Under the pieces are notes generated by a model. It was not told where the DNA came from, ran no database searches, and saw only the letters and a program-made list of their open reading frames with translations. DNA of 64,000 nt from Candidatus Omnitrophota bacterium (GTDB taxonomy: Bacteria; Omnitrophota; Gorgyraeia; Zapsychrales; Zapsychraceae). Within the stretch, counting starts at the first letter, position 1; every line of letters starts with the position of its first letter. The stretch spans positions 9,868-73,867 of the forward strand of contig JAJDCB010000013.1 of the NCBI GenBank assembly GCA_029261065.1. Reading direction: 5' to 3'. Made by a program: the position numbers and the translations under genes. This document shows positions 19,325 to 28,120 of the stretch, piece after piece.

Positions 19325-19399
19325 TAAAGCGCATTCACGGTCTAGTCTCTCAACAAACTAAATTTATTGAATTACAATTTCTAGACAACAGAAATGTTT

Positions 19400-19978
19400 T
19401 TATTTTTTAGGAGCGATAATAAAACTATCTTTATATTTTTTTTGGATTTTTGGCAGTTTTTGCTTAGCCGCTCCCTTCGTCTCAAAATCTCCAACATAAA
19501 CGCGATACCAAGTCCCTTTAGCACCTAAATCTCTTGAAGCAATATATGATGAATTCTCAATCTGCTGTAACTCATTAAGAGCTTTTTTTGCCTTTTCATG
19601 ATTTTTAAATGAAGCGACTTGAATAGAAAAAGCACCCGACTTTCTTCTCGCAGCAATAACTTCTTGCTTAACAGGCTGCTTAGCTTGAGCTCTAATAACA
19701 GGAGCTGGTGCAACAACCCTTGGTTGAATTTTCTCAACCTTTGCCACTTTTGCAACAACAGGTCTCTCGACCGTCGTTTCTTTAACAACCTTTTTTACCT
19801 CAACAACTTGATCTTTGGAATCTACAAATTCGTATTCAATATCCACGGGATACGTCTCTTCTTCTGGAAAAATTTCGCTTAATGGAACGGCATTCTCTGA
19901 ACCTTGGTAGTTAAATGCCATAAAAACAACGACTACAACCCCCATAACAAACCCCCAAAGTATCCAAGTTCTTTTCAT
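19400..19978 (-). CDS. SPOR-domain protein (N-terminal TM anchor, Pro/Ala-rich linker, C-terminal SPOR peptidoglycan-binding domain)
   Basis: C-terminus FSIQVASFKNHEKAKKALNEL...WYRVYVGDFETKGAAKQ is SPOR-like; AGGAGG Shine-Dalgarno upstream. Confidence 0.7.
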   Translation of the reverse strand: MKRTWILWGFVMGVVVVVFMAFNYQGSENAVPLSEIFPEEETYPVDIEYEFVDSKDQVVEVKKVVKETTVERPVVAKVAKVEKIQPRVVAPAPVIRAQAKQPVKQEVIAARRKSGAFSIQVASFKNHEKAKKALNELQQIENSSYIASRDLGAKGTWYRVYVGDFETKGAAKQKLPKIQKKYKDSFIIAPKK

Positions 19979-19997
19979 GACTAACCTCCTAAAGTAA

Positions 19998-20192
19998 TTA
20001 ATCTGATAATTTCTCTTTTATGTCTTCTAAAATATTTTCAATTTTTGTCACGCGAACTGATAATTGCGATAAATATTCAATGATAATGGCATGTGTATAT
20101 TGAGCATCAATACCTACTGCGGAATTTGCCTCAATGATTTTGATGATCTGTGCATACTGATCTTTTGATTGTGCTAAAGGATTATCTTTCAT
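19998..20192 (-). CDS. Small hypothetical protein (64 aa from ATG; longest form 74 aa with TTG start at 20222)
   Basis: ORF-track only; helical, no recognisable family. Confidence 0.25.
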   Translation of the reverse strand: MKDNPLAQSKDQYAQIIKIIEANSAVGIDAQYTHAIIIEYLSQLSVRVTKIENILEDIKEKLSD

Positions 20193-20325
20193 AATTTGTC
20201 CAATAATATCGTTGAATATCAATCGCTTGGAAGGAACATCATCTAAGTACGCTCATATTTTAACGAAATACCAGACGTAAACAAGGTATTTTAGTTATTT
20301 TATTGACCAGACGTTAAACCACACG

Positions 20326-21573
20326 CTATAAATGATTTGGATGCCAACCAAAAATATCTCCCCCAATATCCACCAAACGTCCCACCCGGCCCATAATCGG
20401 CTCAAGCACCAAAATACCTAAATCCACATGATCCATCACCAAATACTTCTCATCAGGAGTCCAACGGATTTGGCGGATGGTTAAATCACCACCCTTATAT
20501 TGATACTGCTTAGCTGCATTTTTTGAAGGTTTACGCGCGATCTTAAAAATTCTTTTTCGAAACCATTTATTTCCAACATAATACACATGATCTTTCTCAT
20601 CGATTCCTACAAAGGGTCCTTTTTTAGTAAGATAAACGTTTTTTTCTACAATTCTCTTAAAAGCAAAATGATCGGAATCACGAAATAACTTAATACCACG
20701 CAGATCCAAAGAAACTAAAGGCAGATCAGCCGTTTCCGTAGGCAACTGCAATACTTTTTTGAATTCCAAGGTATCCAACGAAATTTGAAATACATAAACC
20801 TCATAAGCTGAAAGTTTTAAGTCACTTGTTTTCATTTCATGCCTCAAAAAATACAAACTACTTCCCTTTTCATCCCAATAGAGTGATGAAATGCGTCGTG
20901 TCGGACTTTTGATCTTGCGGGACTTTTGTGTTGGGAGATCATATAAAAACAAATCATCCTGTTGCGAGTATTCTGACCAACGGGCTAATTCATAACAAAA
21001 TTTCAGACTATCCGGTGACCATCGTAACCCACTAATAACACCGCGTCGTTTATTACTATCTTCTTGGTTTTGATCAATATCAACGCTATTAATACGCTTA
21101 ACATGTTTCGTTTCAATATCAAGAAGATGCAAATCATTCATTGATAAAATCAACAAATAACGTCCATCCGGGGAGAAATTAATTTCTTTGATGACTTGGG
21201 GTGCTGTAAATATATCTTTACGGTTTTTTCCATTTAAATAAATCGAACGCAAATGTTTGCCTTGAACATAATACACAACTGTTTTTGATCGCACCCATTT
21301 TGTGCTTCCGTACTCAATATCTTCCTCTACAACAATTGTTTTTCTCTCTAACTTATAATTGGACCAATACAAAAGACCTATCAAAAGCATTTGTCCTAAA
21401 ACAACACCAACAAGTAAGGTTCTATTGGTCAAAAGAGTCACTTGCTTTAAATAACCTACTTCCTTGATCTTAACCATAACAAAGGCTAAAGCTATGATAA
21501 AAAGAAAACCAAAATAAATATAGGAGATAAGTTCAAAATGATTGCTGAGGAATTGGAAGATGGATTGGGTCAT
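20326..21573 (-). CDS. Membrane-anchored beta-propeller protein (TolB-like/WD40-like repeats)
   Basis: Two N-terminal TM helices, then repeats such as SPDGRYLLI, WSPDSLKF, WTPDEKYLV typical of TolB-type propeller blades. Confidence 0.5.
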   Translation of the reverse strand: MTQSIFQFLSNHFELISYIYFGFLFIIALAFVMVKIKEVGYLKQVTLLTNRTLLVGVVLGQMLLIGLLYWSNYKLERKTIVVEEDIEYGSTKWVRSKTVVYYVQGKHLRSIYLNGKNRKDIFTAPQVIKEINFSPDGRYLLILSMNDLHLLDIETKHVKRINSVDIDQNQEDSNKRRGVISGLRWSPDSLKFCYELARWSEYSQQDDLFLYDLPTQKSRKIKSPTRRISSLYWDEKGSSLYFLRHEMKTSDLKLSAYEVYVFQISLDTLEFKKVLQLPTETADLPLVSLDLRGIKLFRDSDHFAFKRIVEKNVYLTKKGPFVGIDEKDHVYYVGNKWFRKRIFKIARKPSKNAAKQYQYKGGDLTIRQIRWTPDEKYLVMDHVDLGILVLEPIMGRVGRLVDIGGDIFGWHPNHL

Positions 21574-21748
21574 AGAAGAAGGATTATATCATGTGTTTAG
21601 GGATGGATCAACGAGGGGATTTCAACGGAATAAAGATGTCCAGCCATCATTATTTTTAATTCTCGGCTGCCTACAAACCTTACAACTACTTTTCATCTTG
21701 ACCGTAAAAATAATTCTATTCATTAAATATTACAAATAAACCTAAAAC

Positions 21749-22288
21749 TTACCAGTCTTGAGCTTCTATATCCTTCCAGTCATACTTTCCATCTTTATCA
21801 ACGTCAAAATGCTCGCCTTTTTGTTCTTTTAAATATTCAATTTCTTCTTGGGGCGCTGAAATATTTTGCATTACTTTAATTGCGAAGTCATTACATAATA
21901 ACTCTTCCTTTACTTTACCTTCATAACTTTTATCATAAGTACTTTCTCCCGAGTTATATAATTTTGAATGGAAAGCATCATGAGCTATGCATTGAGAGCA
22001 CCACGTTAATGAATGAAAAGCGCTTTTTTCTGTTAACAAAAATATCGAAGGTTTCGATTGTACATATATATGACTTCGTATACCTTGTGTTATTCTGCCA
22101 AGATTATTGTTAATAATCGCATACTCTTCGGGTGAATTATCTTTAATCAATTTTAAGGCTTTAATAACTTGTTTAACAAACTTTCTATTGCCTTTAACAA
22201 GAATATTATCTATACATTCTTTTTTTCCAAAAAACTCAAATTTAAGGAATGTAAATAAATATTTTATTGAAAATAATTTATTTTTCAT
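21749..22288 (-). CDS. Hypothetical protein encoded directly downstream of lexA
   Basis: 179 aa ORF; contains CSQCIAHDAFH; no family recognised; separated from lexA by a hairpin plus T-tract. Confidence 0.45.
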   Translation of the reverse strand: MKNKLFSIKYLFTFLKFEFFGKKECIDNILVKGNRKFVKQVIKALKLIKDNSPEEYAIINNNLGRITQGIRSHIYVQSKPSIFLLTEKSAFHSLTWCSQCIAHDAFHSKLYNSGESTYDKSYEGKVKEELLCNDFAIKVMQNISAPQEEIEYLKEQKGEHFDVDKDGKYDWKDIEAQDW

Positions 22289-22319
22289 TTAATACCCTGC
22301 CATTAAAATAAAATTCGAA

Positions 22320-22358
22320 TAAAAAACCCACTGCAAGCATAACACTCACAACGGGTTT
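22320..22358 (-). terminator. Putative rho-independent terminator downstream of lexA
   Basis: Minus-strand hairpin AAACCC...GGGTTT (imperfect interior) followed by TTTTTTATT. Confidence 0.4.
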
Positions 22359-22413
22359 CAACAAATCAGCCCAAAGGGCTAGCCACTAGTTTTTATAGTC
22401 AACTGCATCGAAA

Positions 22414-23013
22414 TTAAAACCGCCGAACAACGCTAATGACTTTACCAATAATGGAAACCGAACCATCAACCTTGCGCGGTTGATAAACGGGGTTGGCGGG
22501 TTCCAAGAAATAATCTTGATTCACACGTTTAAGATATTTAACGGTGGCATCCTCCCCTATTAAAGCTACGATGATCTCACCTGTTTGAGCCATATCCTGA
22601 CGGCGCACAAGCACTAAATCATCTGGCATAATACCGGCTTCGATCATGCTATCGCCTTTGACGCGTAAGGCAAATGTGCTTTCATCGGAAAATACTAAAC
22701 TATCTAAATTAAGGTAGCCTTCAATTTCTTCAACAGCTAATGTGGGAAGTCCCGCTCTTACCTGGCCGACAATAGGGATAGAAAACAAAGCTTCTTTGAC
22801 AAGCTCGATTGCACGTGACTTATTGGCTGAAACCTTAATGTAACCCTTTTTAACTAAAGCGGTTAGATAATCTCGAACGGTACCTGTTGATTTAAATCCG
22901 AAATGAGAGGCAATTTCTCTAATGGTGGGAGGTAAATTATTACCTCGGATGGAATCGTAAATAAAACGAAGAACTTCTTTTTGTTTCTGTGTTAAATCTT
23001 TCTTAATTGGCAT
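22414..23013 (-). CDS. lexA: LexA repressor (SOS regulator, S24 peptidase)
   Basis: N-terminal wHTH; C-terminal VKGDSMIEAGIMPDDLVLV with Ser in GDSM and downstream Lys; 199 aa. Confidence 0.9.
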   Translation of the reverse strand: MPIKKDLTQKQKEVLRFIYDSIRGNNLPPTIREIASHFGFKSTGTVRDYLTALVKKGYIKVSANKSRAIELVKEALFSIPIVGQVRAGLPTLAVEEIEGYLNLDSLVFSDESTFALRVKGDSMIEAGIMPDDLVLVRRQDMAQTGEIIVALIGEDATVKYLKRVNQDYFLEPANPVYQPRKVDGSVSIIGKVISVVRRF

Positions 23014-23018
23014 AATCT

Positions 23019-23048
23019 TTTATACCACACATATGATTGGAATGTCAA
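23019..23048 (-). promoter_or_regulatory. lexA promoter (-35 TTGACA, 18-nt spacer, -10 TATAAA) with embedded palindrome CCACACATATGATTGG as candidate LexA operator
   Basis: Read on the minus strand: TTGACA TTCCAATCATATGTGTGG TATAAA AGATT ATG; the palindrome occupies the spacer, as expected for an autoregulatory operator. Confidence 0.45.
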
Positions 23049-23065
23049 ATATTTTTATAATTTTT

Positions 23066-24262
23066 TTAAAAATCAGAATCTGGCCAGGGGTTATCATTGC
23101 GGAGATAATGACCATTTTCGAGGACTTTAAAAAAATAGGTCAATAAAGGATGGGTAATAGCCTCTGTTGAAAGGTCTTCCTCTAAATTGCTCTGCGCCAC
23201 ATAAGTGACTTGATCTGAACCATCGACCAAGACATGATACCAGGGCTGCTCGCGCTCAGGCTGTGTATGGTTACCATAATACCAATCATCCGTTGCTTGA
23301 CAATTCGTATTGGTATCCACAATGATACCTCGATAGCCATATTGTTTATGGACCACCACTTCTCCTAAGGCAAAATTGGTACTATTCCCTGCTATAATAT
23401 CATCTGGCGAAATTTGAGAAAATTTACGTTTCATCAGCCTTTCATCTAATCGATTAAATAAATCAATCATTAACTCACAGTTATTTTTTTCATCTCTCAT
23501 CTGATAAGTGCGAATCAAATTTGCTAAAAATCGACGCACAATTGTTTCGGCATCTGTTGTTCGTCCCAAAACTTCTCTGATCAACTCTTTATCATTTTCT
23601 TTGATACTCAAGATATCTTCTTTATCTATAACCTGACCAGAATTAAAACAATCTACAAAAACAGTTCGCCCAGCAGTCTTGACTCTAGCTAAAAAGTGTC
23701 CGGGAAAATGACAACCCTCCACACGGATTCCTAGACGCATACCAACAAGCATATAAACACATGCCAAGCTTATCGGTATCCCCTTTTTCTCGGTAATGAC
23801 ATAAATGAGGTTACTATTTTGAGGATTATAATAGTCATCCTGATTACCTTTAAACTTTTTCATCTTAAATAAAAATTTTGCCAGACTTAAAGGCCCATAA
23901 TCCTTCATACTCCGTTGATAATCATACGCCAATTTATCCAGCAACATTGTCAAATCAGCTTCACGCTCAATGGGTGTTAGAAATTCAGAAAGCATTTTTA
24001 ATGCTGTTTCTAGCTTTTCGCTTTCTTTGTTGACGGTAAACCATCGCGGCCAATGATGGGCCAACAATATGCGTTTCTGTCCTTCAAAAACAAGATTAAT
24101 GAGTCGCGTTTGTTCGGAGTTAAGTGAAAAAGGGATGTGTTTTAATTCTTGGCGCAGGGTGGGACCAAAAGCGCATAGCTGTTTTATTACTTCATCACGA
24201 ATATCAGATGAATCATCGTCTAATAGTTTAAGTAAATGAGGAATTTGTTTTGGACTTATCAT
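23066..24262 (-). CDS. Transglutaminase-like domain protein with C-terminal HspQ/YccV-like (hemimethylated-DNA-binding-like) domain
   Basis: C-terminal GEVVVHKQYGYRGIIVD...WYHVLVDGSDQVTYVAQSNLE matches the YccV/HspQ fold; N-terminal region resembles Transglut_core2/SirB1-like proteins (same domain pairing as eukaryotic FBXO21). Confidence 0.6.
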   Translation of the reverse strand: MISPKQIPHLLKLLDDDSSDIRDEVIKQLCAFGPTLRQELKHIPFSLNSEQTRLINLVFEGQKRILLAHHWPRWFTVNKESEKLETALKMLSEFLTPIEREADLTMLLDKLAYDYQRSMKDYGPLSLAKFLFKMKKFKGNQDDYYNPQNSNLIYVITEKKGIPISLACVYMLVGMRLGIRVEGCHFPGHFLARVKTAGRTVFVDCFNSGQVIDKEDILSIKENDKELIREVLGRTTDAETIVRRFLANLIRTYQMRDEKNNCELMIDLFNRLDERLMKRKFSQISPDDIIAGNSTNFALGEVVVHKQYGYRGIIVDTNTNCQATDDWYYGNHTQPEREQPWYHVLVDGSDQVTYVAQSNLEEDLSTEAITHPLLTYFFKVLENGHYLRNDNPWPDSDF

Positions 24263-24376
24263 AGAGATAATAGTTTGTAGACGATCATTAACATTTATCT
24301 TCTATAAATGTTATATTACGAATATCACGCAATTGCAAGACATAGAAAAGTTTTTTTATAAAGCCGACTTCATTTA

Positions 24377-25270
24377 TTAACGGCCACCCTGTTGCGTAAC
24401 ACGAAACCCTTGCTTTCTTAATAAGCCCACAATACTTCTGTCTCCAACTAAATGACCCGCGCCTACCACAACAAAATAAACATTATTTGTTTTTAAATAT
24501 TTCAATATCTTATCTGTCATATCTCTGTTTCTTTCAAAAAAAACTTTTTCATAAAAAAGAGCCTGCTGCGGATTATCCTCCAACATGTCTTCAATCATTA
24601 TATTATTTATTATCTTTGTATCCCCTTTTTTCCACGCCTCTATCATTGGCTCCATCTGTTCTTCTAACTCATGAAACGAATCTAATGAGGCGTTTAAAAA
24701 AAGATCTTGATCCGGCATATCATCAAAAATTTTTAATTGTTGTGTGACGCCCTCTAACTCCAATATTTCTTTATTGTCTCGCGCTTTCTTAATAAAATAA
24801 TAATCCACCCCTAATGTTTCATCATAACCCAGCTCCCTAATCTGCAAAGCACTTAACGTCATCATTAAAAACCAAGGTTTAAAATTACTCACTTGAGCTA
24901 AGGGAAGATTATATTTTTTAAGATATTTAGTTAACTTAATTAATGTGTCATTGGAAATATGATCAAGAAGTTGCTTCTCTCCTTTATAGATACCTAACGC
25001 CATAACCTCTTGCAACATCGCAATAGGATCTAGTTTTTCAATATCTGCTTCAACCACTAAATGAGAAGATTCGTCAAAAGCATCTTCAATAACATCAGCT
25101 AAAGGATACATATCTTCACGCCCCACATGAACTGAACCCAAAAGATAAACCGTCGCACTTCTCGATTCGGTCTTCCATAAAAAAGATTTATTTCCCTGAG
25201 CCTGTGCAGCAGGAAGATGCCATGGGATAAGTATTAAAAATGTTGTTAGAACAAAGGCAACAACTCTCAT
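24377..25270 (-). CDS. TraB/GumN-family protein with signal peptide
   Basis: Signal peptide MRVVAFVLTTFLILIPWHLPAAQA; family motifs LLGSVHVG...VVVGAGHLVG. Confidence 0.75.
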   Translation of the reverse strand: MRVVAFVLTTFLILIPWHLPAAQAQGNKSFLWKTESRSATVYLLGSVHVGREDMYPLADVIEDAFDESSHLVVEADIEKLDPIAMLQEVMALGIYKGEKQLLDHISNDTLIKLTKYLKKYNLPLAQVSNFKPWFLMMTLSALQIRELGYDETLGVDYYFIKKARDNKEILELEGVTQQLKIFDDMPDQDLFLNASLDSFHELEEQMEPMIEAWKKGDTKIINNIMIEDMLEDNPQQALFYEKVFFERNRDMTDKILKYLKTNNVYFVVVGAGHLVGDRSIVGLLRKQGFRVTQQGGR

Positions 25271-26292
25271 TAAATTTCTCTTTTCTGTCTAAGGATGGAC
25301 ATATCCACAATTTTTTTAATTAAACGATTATATTTAATCCCTACTTTTTCAGCGGACTGAGCGACCTCATCAATTTTGGCTATACAAGGATTGGCATTCG
25401 GTTCAATAATATAAACCTTATTATCTGGTGTAAGCCTGATATCAAAACGAATATAACTTTGAATATCCAAAGCCCGATAGGCTCTTTTGCACACATCAGC
25501 AATATCTTCATCAACCCCGTCCGCAAGCTTACTGGCATAAACACTCTTAATGCCCCATTTATCCCGGTAGTTATCATCCCATTTGGCTTTATACGTAGCA
25601 ATACGCGAGTCCTCAGGAAGTTCTCCAAACTTCATCTCGCGTGTTGGCAAAACCGTTAATTTTTTTGAACCCAAAACAGAAACATAGAGCTCTCGACCTT
25701 CAATAAACTCCTCAGTAATCGCATCGTTATTCATATTTTCATGAATAAATTTCACACGTTCCAAAAAAGCATCCTCATTATCAACAATAGATGCTTGTGA
25801 AATGCCACGAGAGGCCTCTTCACATAACGGTTTGATAATAACAGGAAGTCTAAGTTTCTTATGAAGCCACACCTTATGTTTGCGTTTAAAAATGTAGAAC
25901 CGAGGGATTTTAATGCGATGAAAACTTAACAACTTCTTCGTTAAGCCCTTATTGTTACAGATAAAAATATTATCAGAGGAAGCTCCGGTGTAAGGAATAC
26001 TTAACATCTCAAGAAGGGCTGCTATATTTTTTTCGTAATATGATTTCTCGTTAAAAACTTCAACCAAATTAAAAATGACATCTGGTCTATTCTCTTCTAC
26101 CTCCTTTAAAAGGGGTTCGATCGAATTTGTTAGTCCTAATAAGCTTACCTCATATCCATTGGCCAAAAGGGCTTTATGTACATCGTTTTCTGTGTACATA
26201 TCGTCAGGATCGGCAAACTCCTCTTTATAATCATAACCACGAGGGTGATTATTGGGTGAGTTAAATAACATTAACACTTTTTTCTTTTTCAT
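25270..26292 (-). CDS. ATP-grasp enzyme of the D-alanine--D-alanine ligase-like family (substrate unknown)
   Basis: Colinear with Ddl ATP-grasp motifs (YTGASS.., PVIIKPLCEEASRGIS, ELYVSVLG, EPNANPCI); shares boundary nucleotides with both neighbours (26289-26292 and 25270), indicating translational coupling. Confidence 0.7.
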   Translation of the reverse strand: MKKKKVLMLFNSPNNHPRGYDYKEEFADPDDMYTENDVHKALLANGYEVSLLGLTNSIEPLLKEVEENRPDVIFNLVEVFNEKSYYEKNIAALLEMLSIPYTGASSDNIFICNNKGLTKKLLSFHRIKIPRFYIFKRKHKVWLHKKLRLPVIIKPLCEEASRGISQASIVDNEDAFLERVKFIHENMNNDAITEEFIEGRELYVSVLGSKKLTVLPTREMKFGELPEDSRIATYKAKWDDNYRDKWGIKSVYASKLADGVDEDIADVCKRAYRALDIQSYIRFDIRLTPDNKVYIIEPNANPCIAKIDEVAQSAEKVGIKYNRLIKKIVDMSILRQKREI

Positions 26293-27356
26293 TTTTTCTT
26301 TCTCTTGGATAACTGACCTCTAAACTGACCAGTATAAAGATAATTCATAATTAAAGTGGAACAATAGACTGATAAATTTAATACAACGACAGATTCATCC
26401 CCCAACGATACTAATTTTAACTCCCGGCACCTTTTATTGATATCTTTTAATAATAAATTAATCACGTATTTCTTCTCACCACAATAACGCCCCACACTCT
26501 TAATAATTTCGCGACGATATTTACGGATAATCTGACTTGCTAATGTGTATTGTTTATTTTCTTTCGTTTGCAAAACAAAATGCTTTTTTAAAAACGTATC
26601 ATGAAAATCCGGGAAATCTTCAGCCCACAGATTGCGTTTATTTTTATAATAATGATTGAGTGTATAGCGCAGTGTTTTAAAACGCCAAAATTTCTCACTG
26701 CTTTTGACAATGGGCGCGACACCTTTAATCCCTTGCATCAGCTCATCAACATAATTTAATTTGGCTAAGGCCTTCCATCCTTGATATTTTTCTTTCCAAT
26801 CTAATCCAGGCGTCAACCATACTGCAAAAGTTTCAACAAAATCCTCCTCGGGATGATATTGTGCATAAAAACCATCAAGATGACGCACATAATTTTTACT
26901 ATAAGGACGATATTTGTAATTTTCACCATATTCCGCTGTAGAAGGACCGAAGATCTTTTGCCATTTCTTTTGCCGATGTAAACGGTAAGCATAACTTATC
27001 GCATGCCCCGCTTCGTGTCTAAGCAACTTCATACACCAAACCTTGCCATCGCCTTCGGCATCAATCATAAATTTTTTTTCTAAACGAATAAGGGTGGGAT
27101 GGATGAGATAAAAAGGGATACCAATGCAGGTTTCATATTGTGGAGTTAACCATTCATCAGCCAAATAACATTCTGGCCGAAAATTAAGCCCCTTTTCTTC
27201 CAACTCTTGATAAAGCTGTTGAACACACTCTTCAACCCATGTGCTTTTTATCTCTATAGGTAGGTCACTAATCCGAACCTTGAGAAGCTCTTCATCGGTG
27301 ATCGTTTCTAAACATATATTTTTTGAAGACATGAGTTGTAAAATAAATAATGTCAT
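26289..27356 (-). CDS. Hypothetical protein with HExxH zinc-metallopeptidase-like motif
   Basis: LRHEAGHAISYAY motif. Track ORF begins with TTG at 27377 inside a palindromic repeat, giving the N-terminus MVPAFAGMT, which is just the repeat translated. ATG candidates at 27356 (also inside the repeat) and 27332 (MSSKNI...). Confidence 0.5.
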   Translation of the reverse strand: MTLFILQLMSSKNICLETITDEELLKVRISDLPIEIKSTWVEECVQQLYQELEEKGLNFRPECYLADEWLTPQYETCIGIPFYLIHPTLIRLEKKFMIDAEGDGKVWCMKLLRHEAGHAISYAYRLHRQKKWQKIFGPSTAEYGENYKYRPYSKNYVRHLDGFYAQYHPEEDFVETFAVWLTPGLDWKEKYQGWKALAKLNYVDELMQGIKGVAPIVKSSEKFWRFKTLRYTLNHYYKNKRNLWAEDFPDFHDTFLKKHFVLQTKENKQYTLASQIIRKYRREIIKSVGRYCGEKKYVINLLLKDINKRCRELKLVSLGDESVVVLNLSVYCSTLIMNYLYTGQFRGQLSKRKKK

Positions 27357-27426
27357 CCCCGCGAAAGCGGGGACCAAGTCATAATAATAATTGCTTCGAG
27401 ATTCCCGCCTCCGCGAGAATGACAGA
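27352..27426. repeat. Two palindromic repeat units: GTCATCCCCGCGAAAGCGGGGAC and ATTCCCGCCTCCGCGAGAATGACAG
   Basis: Same family as 2727-2750 and 62218-62245; overlaps the annotated 5' end of the HExxH gene. Confidence 0.5.
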
Positions 27427-27456
27427 TCTTAAAATAAAACGGCCTGTCACTATTTA

Positions 27457-28107
27457 CTACGGCAATTGCGTCTCAAGCTTATCCATTAAATTTTTAGTCT
27501 CAACAAGTAATTCACCAGGAAGAAGTTTAAGGGCATCCATTTCATTTTTAAAGGACTTTAAGGATCCAACAAGCCGTCGGATCGCGGCCTCATTTCGTTT
27601 ATCACGTTCTTCCTCTGGATCCACCTGTTTTCTTTCCTTCATAATTGCTGTTAAATCTTTACGAACAGCACTGGCAGTTTTGCCTTTTTCAAAAACTGAT
27701 TTTCTTAAATCACTATAATCATCTTTATTTATTTCTTTTTTTTGTTTGGCTAAACGTAAAACATTAACCTCTTCGTAACCTGGGACCTTACTTGCTTCAC
27801 GTGTTGTAAAAAACTCTTCACTTAAATACATCGGTTCATCTTGTTCTAAGAATAAATATGCTTTAAGTAACTTCATAGACGTCTGTTTATTTAAACCCAC
27901 TTCCTTTTCCGTGTAATCCTCAAACTTCTCAAAGCCCCAAGCGTGATACATTTTGTCTTGCCAAACCGCGTATAAGGCTTGGCCTAACTTGACCCAAGAC
28001 TTTTTAAAGCCTTTTGAATGATCTAAAATTTGCTCCCTTAAATCATCACGTAACATCGAAGATTCTACTTTTCTTTGTGGCTTTACATCCATTTCAATGG
28101 TGTTCAT
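27457..28107 (-). CDS. Hypothetical protein (216 aa, charged/helical)
   Basis: ORF track only; no family recognised; 13 nt downstream of the PfkB kinase gene. Confidence 0.45.
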   Translation of the reverse strand: MNTIEMDVKPQRKVESSMLRDDLREQILDHSKGFKKSWVKLGQALYAVWQDKMYHAWGFEKFEDYTEKEVGLNKQTSMKLLKAYLFLEQDEPMYLSEEFFTTREASKVPGYEEVNVLRLAKQKKEINKDDYSDLRKSVFEKGKTASAVRKDLTAIMKERKQVDPEEERDKRNEAAIRRLVGSLKSFKNEMDALKLLPGELLVETKNLMDKLETQLP

Positions 28108-28120
28108 CGAGCTTCCCTTT

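Noticed and set aside
21542-21739. Plus-strand 65-aa ORF in the gap between the TolB-like gene and the 21749..22288 gene
   Set aside because: Overlaps the 5' end of the minus-strand TolB-like gene and would be the only plus-strand gene in 64 kb; no Shine-Dalgarno. Judged spurious, although not formally excluded.
27350-27718. Plus-strand 122-aa ORF beginning MSSPRKRGPS
   Set aside because: Starts inside the palindromic repeat and runs antisense through the 27457..28107 gene; repeat-derived.
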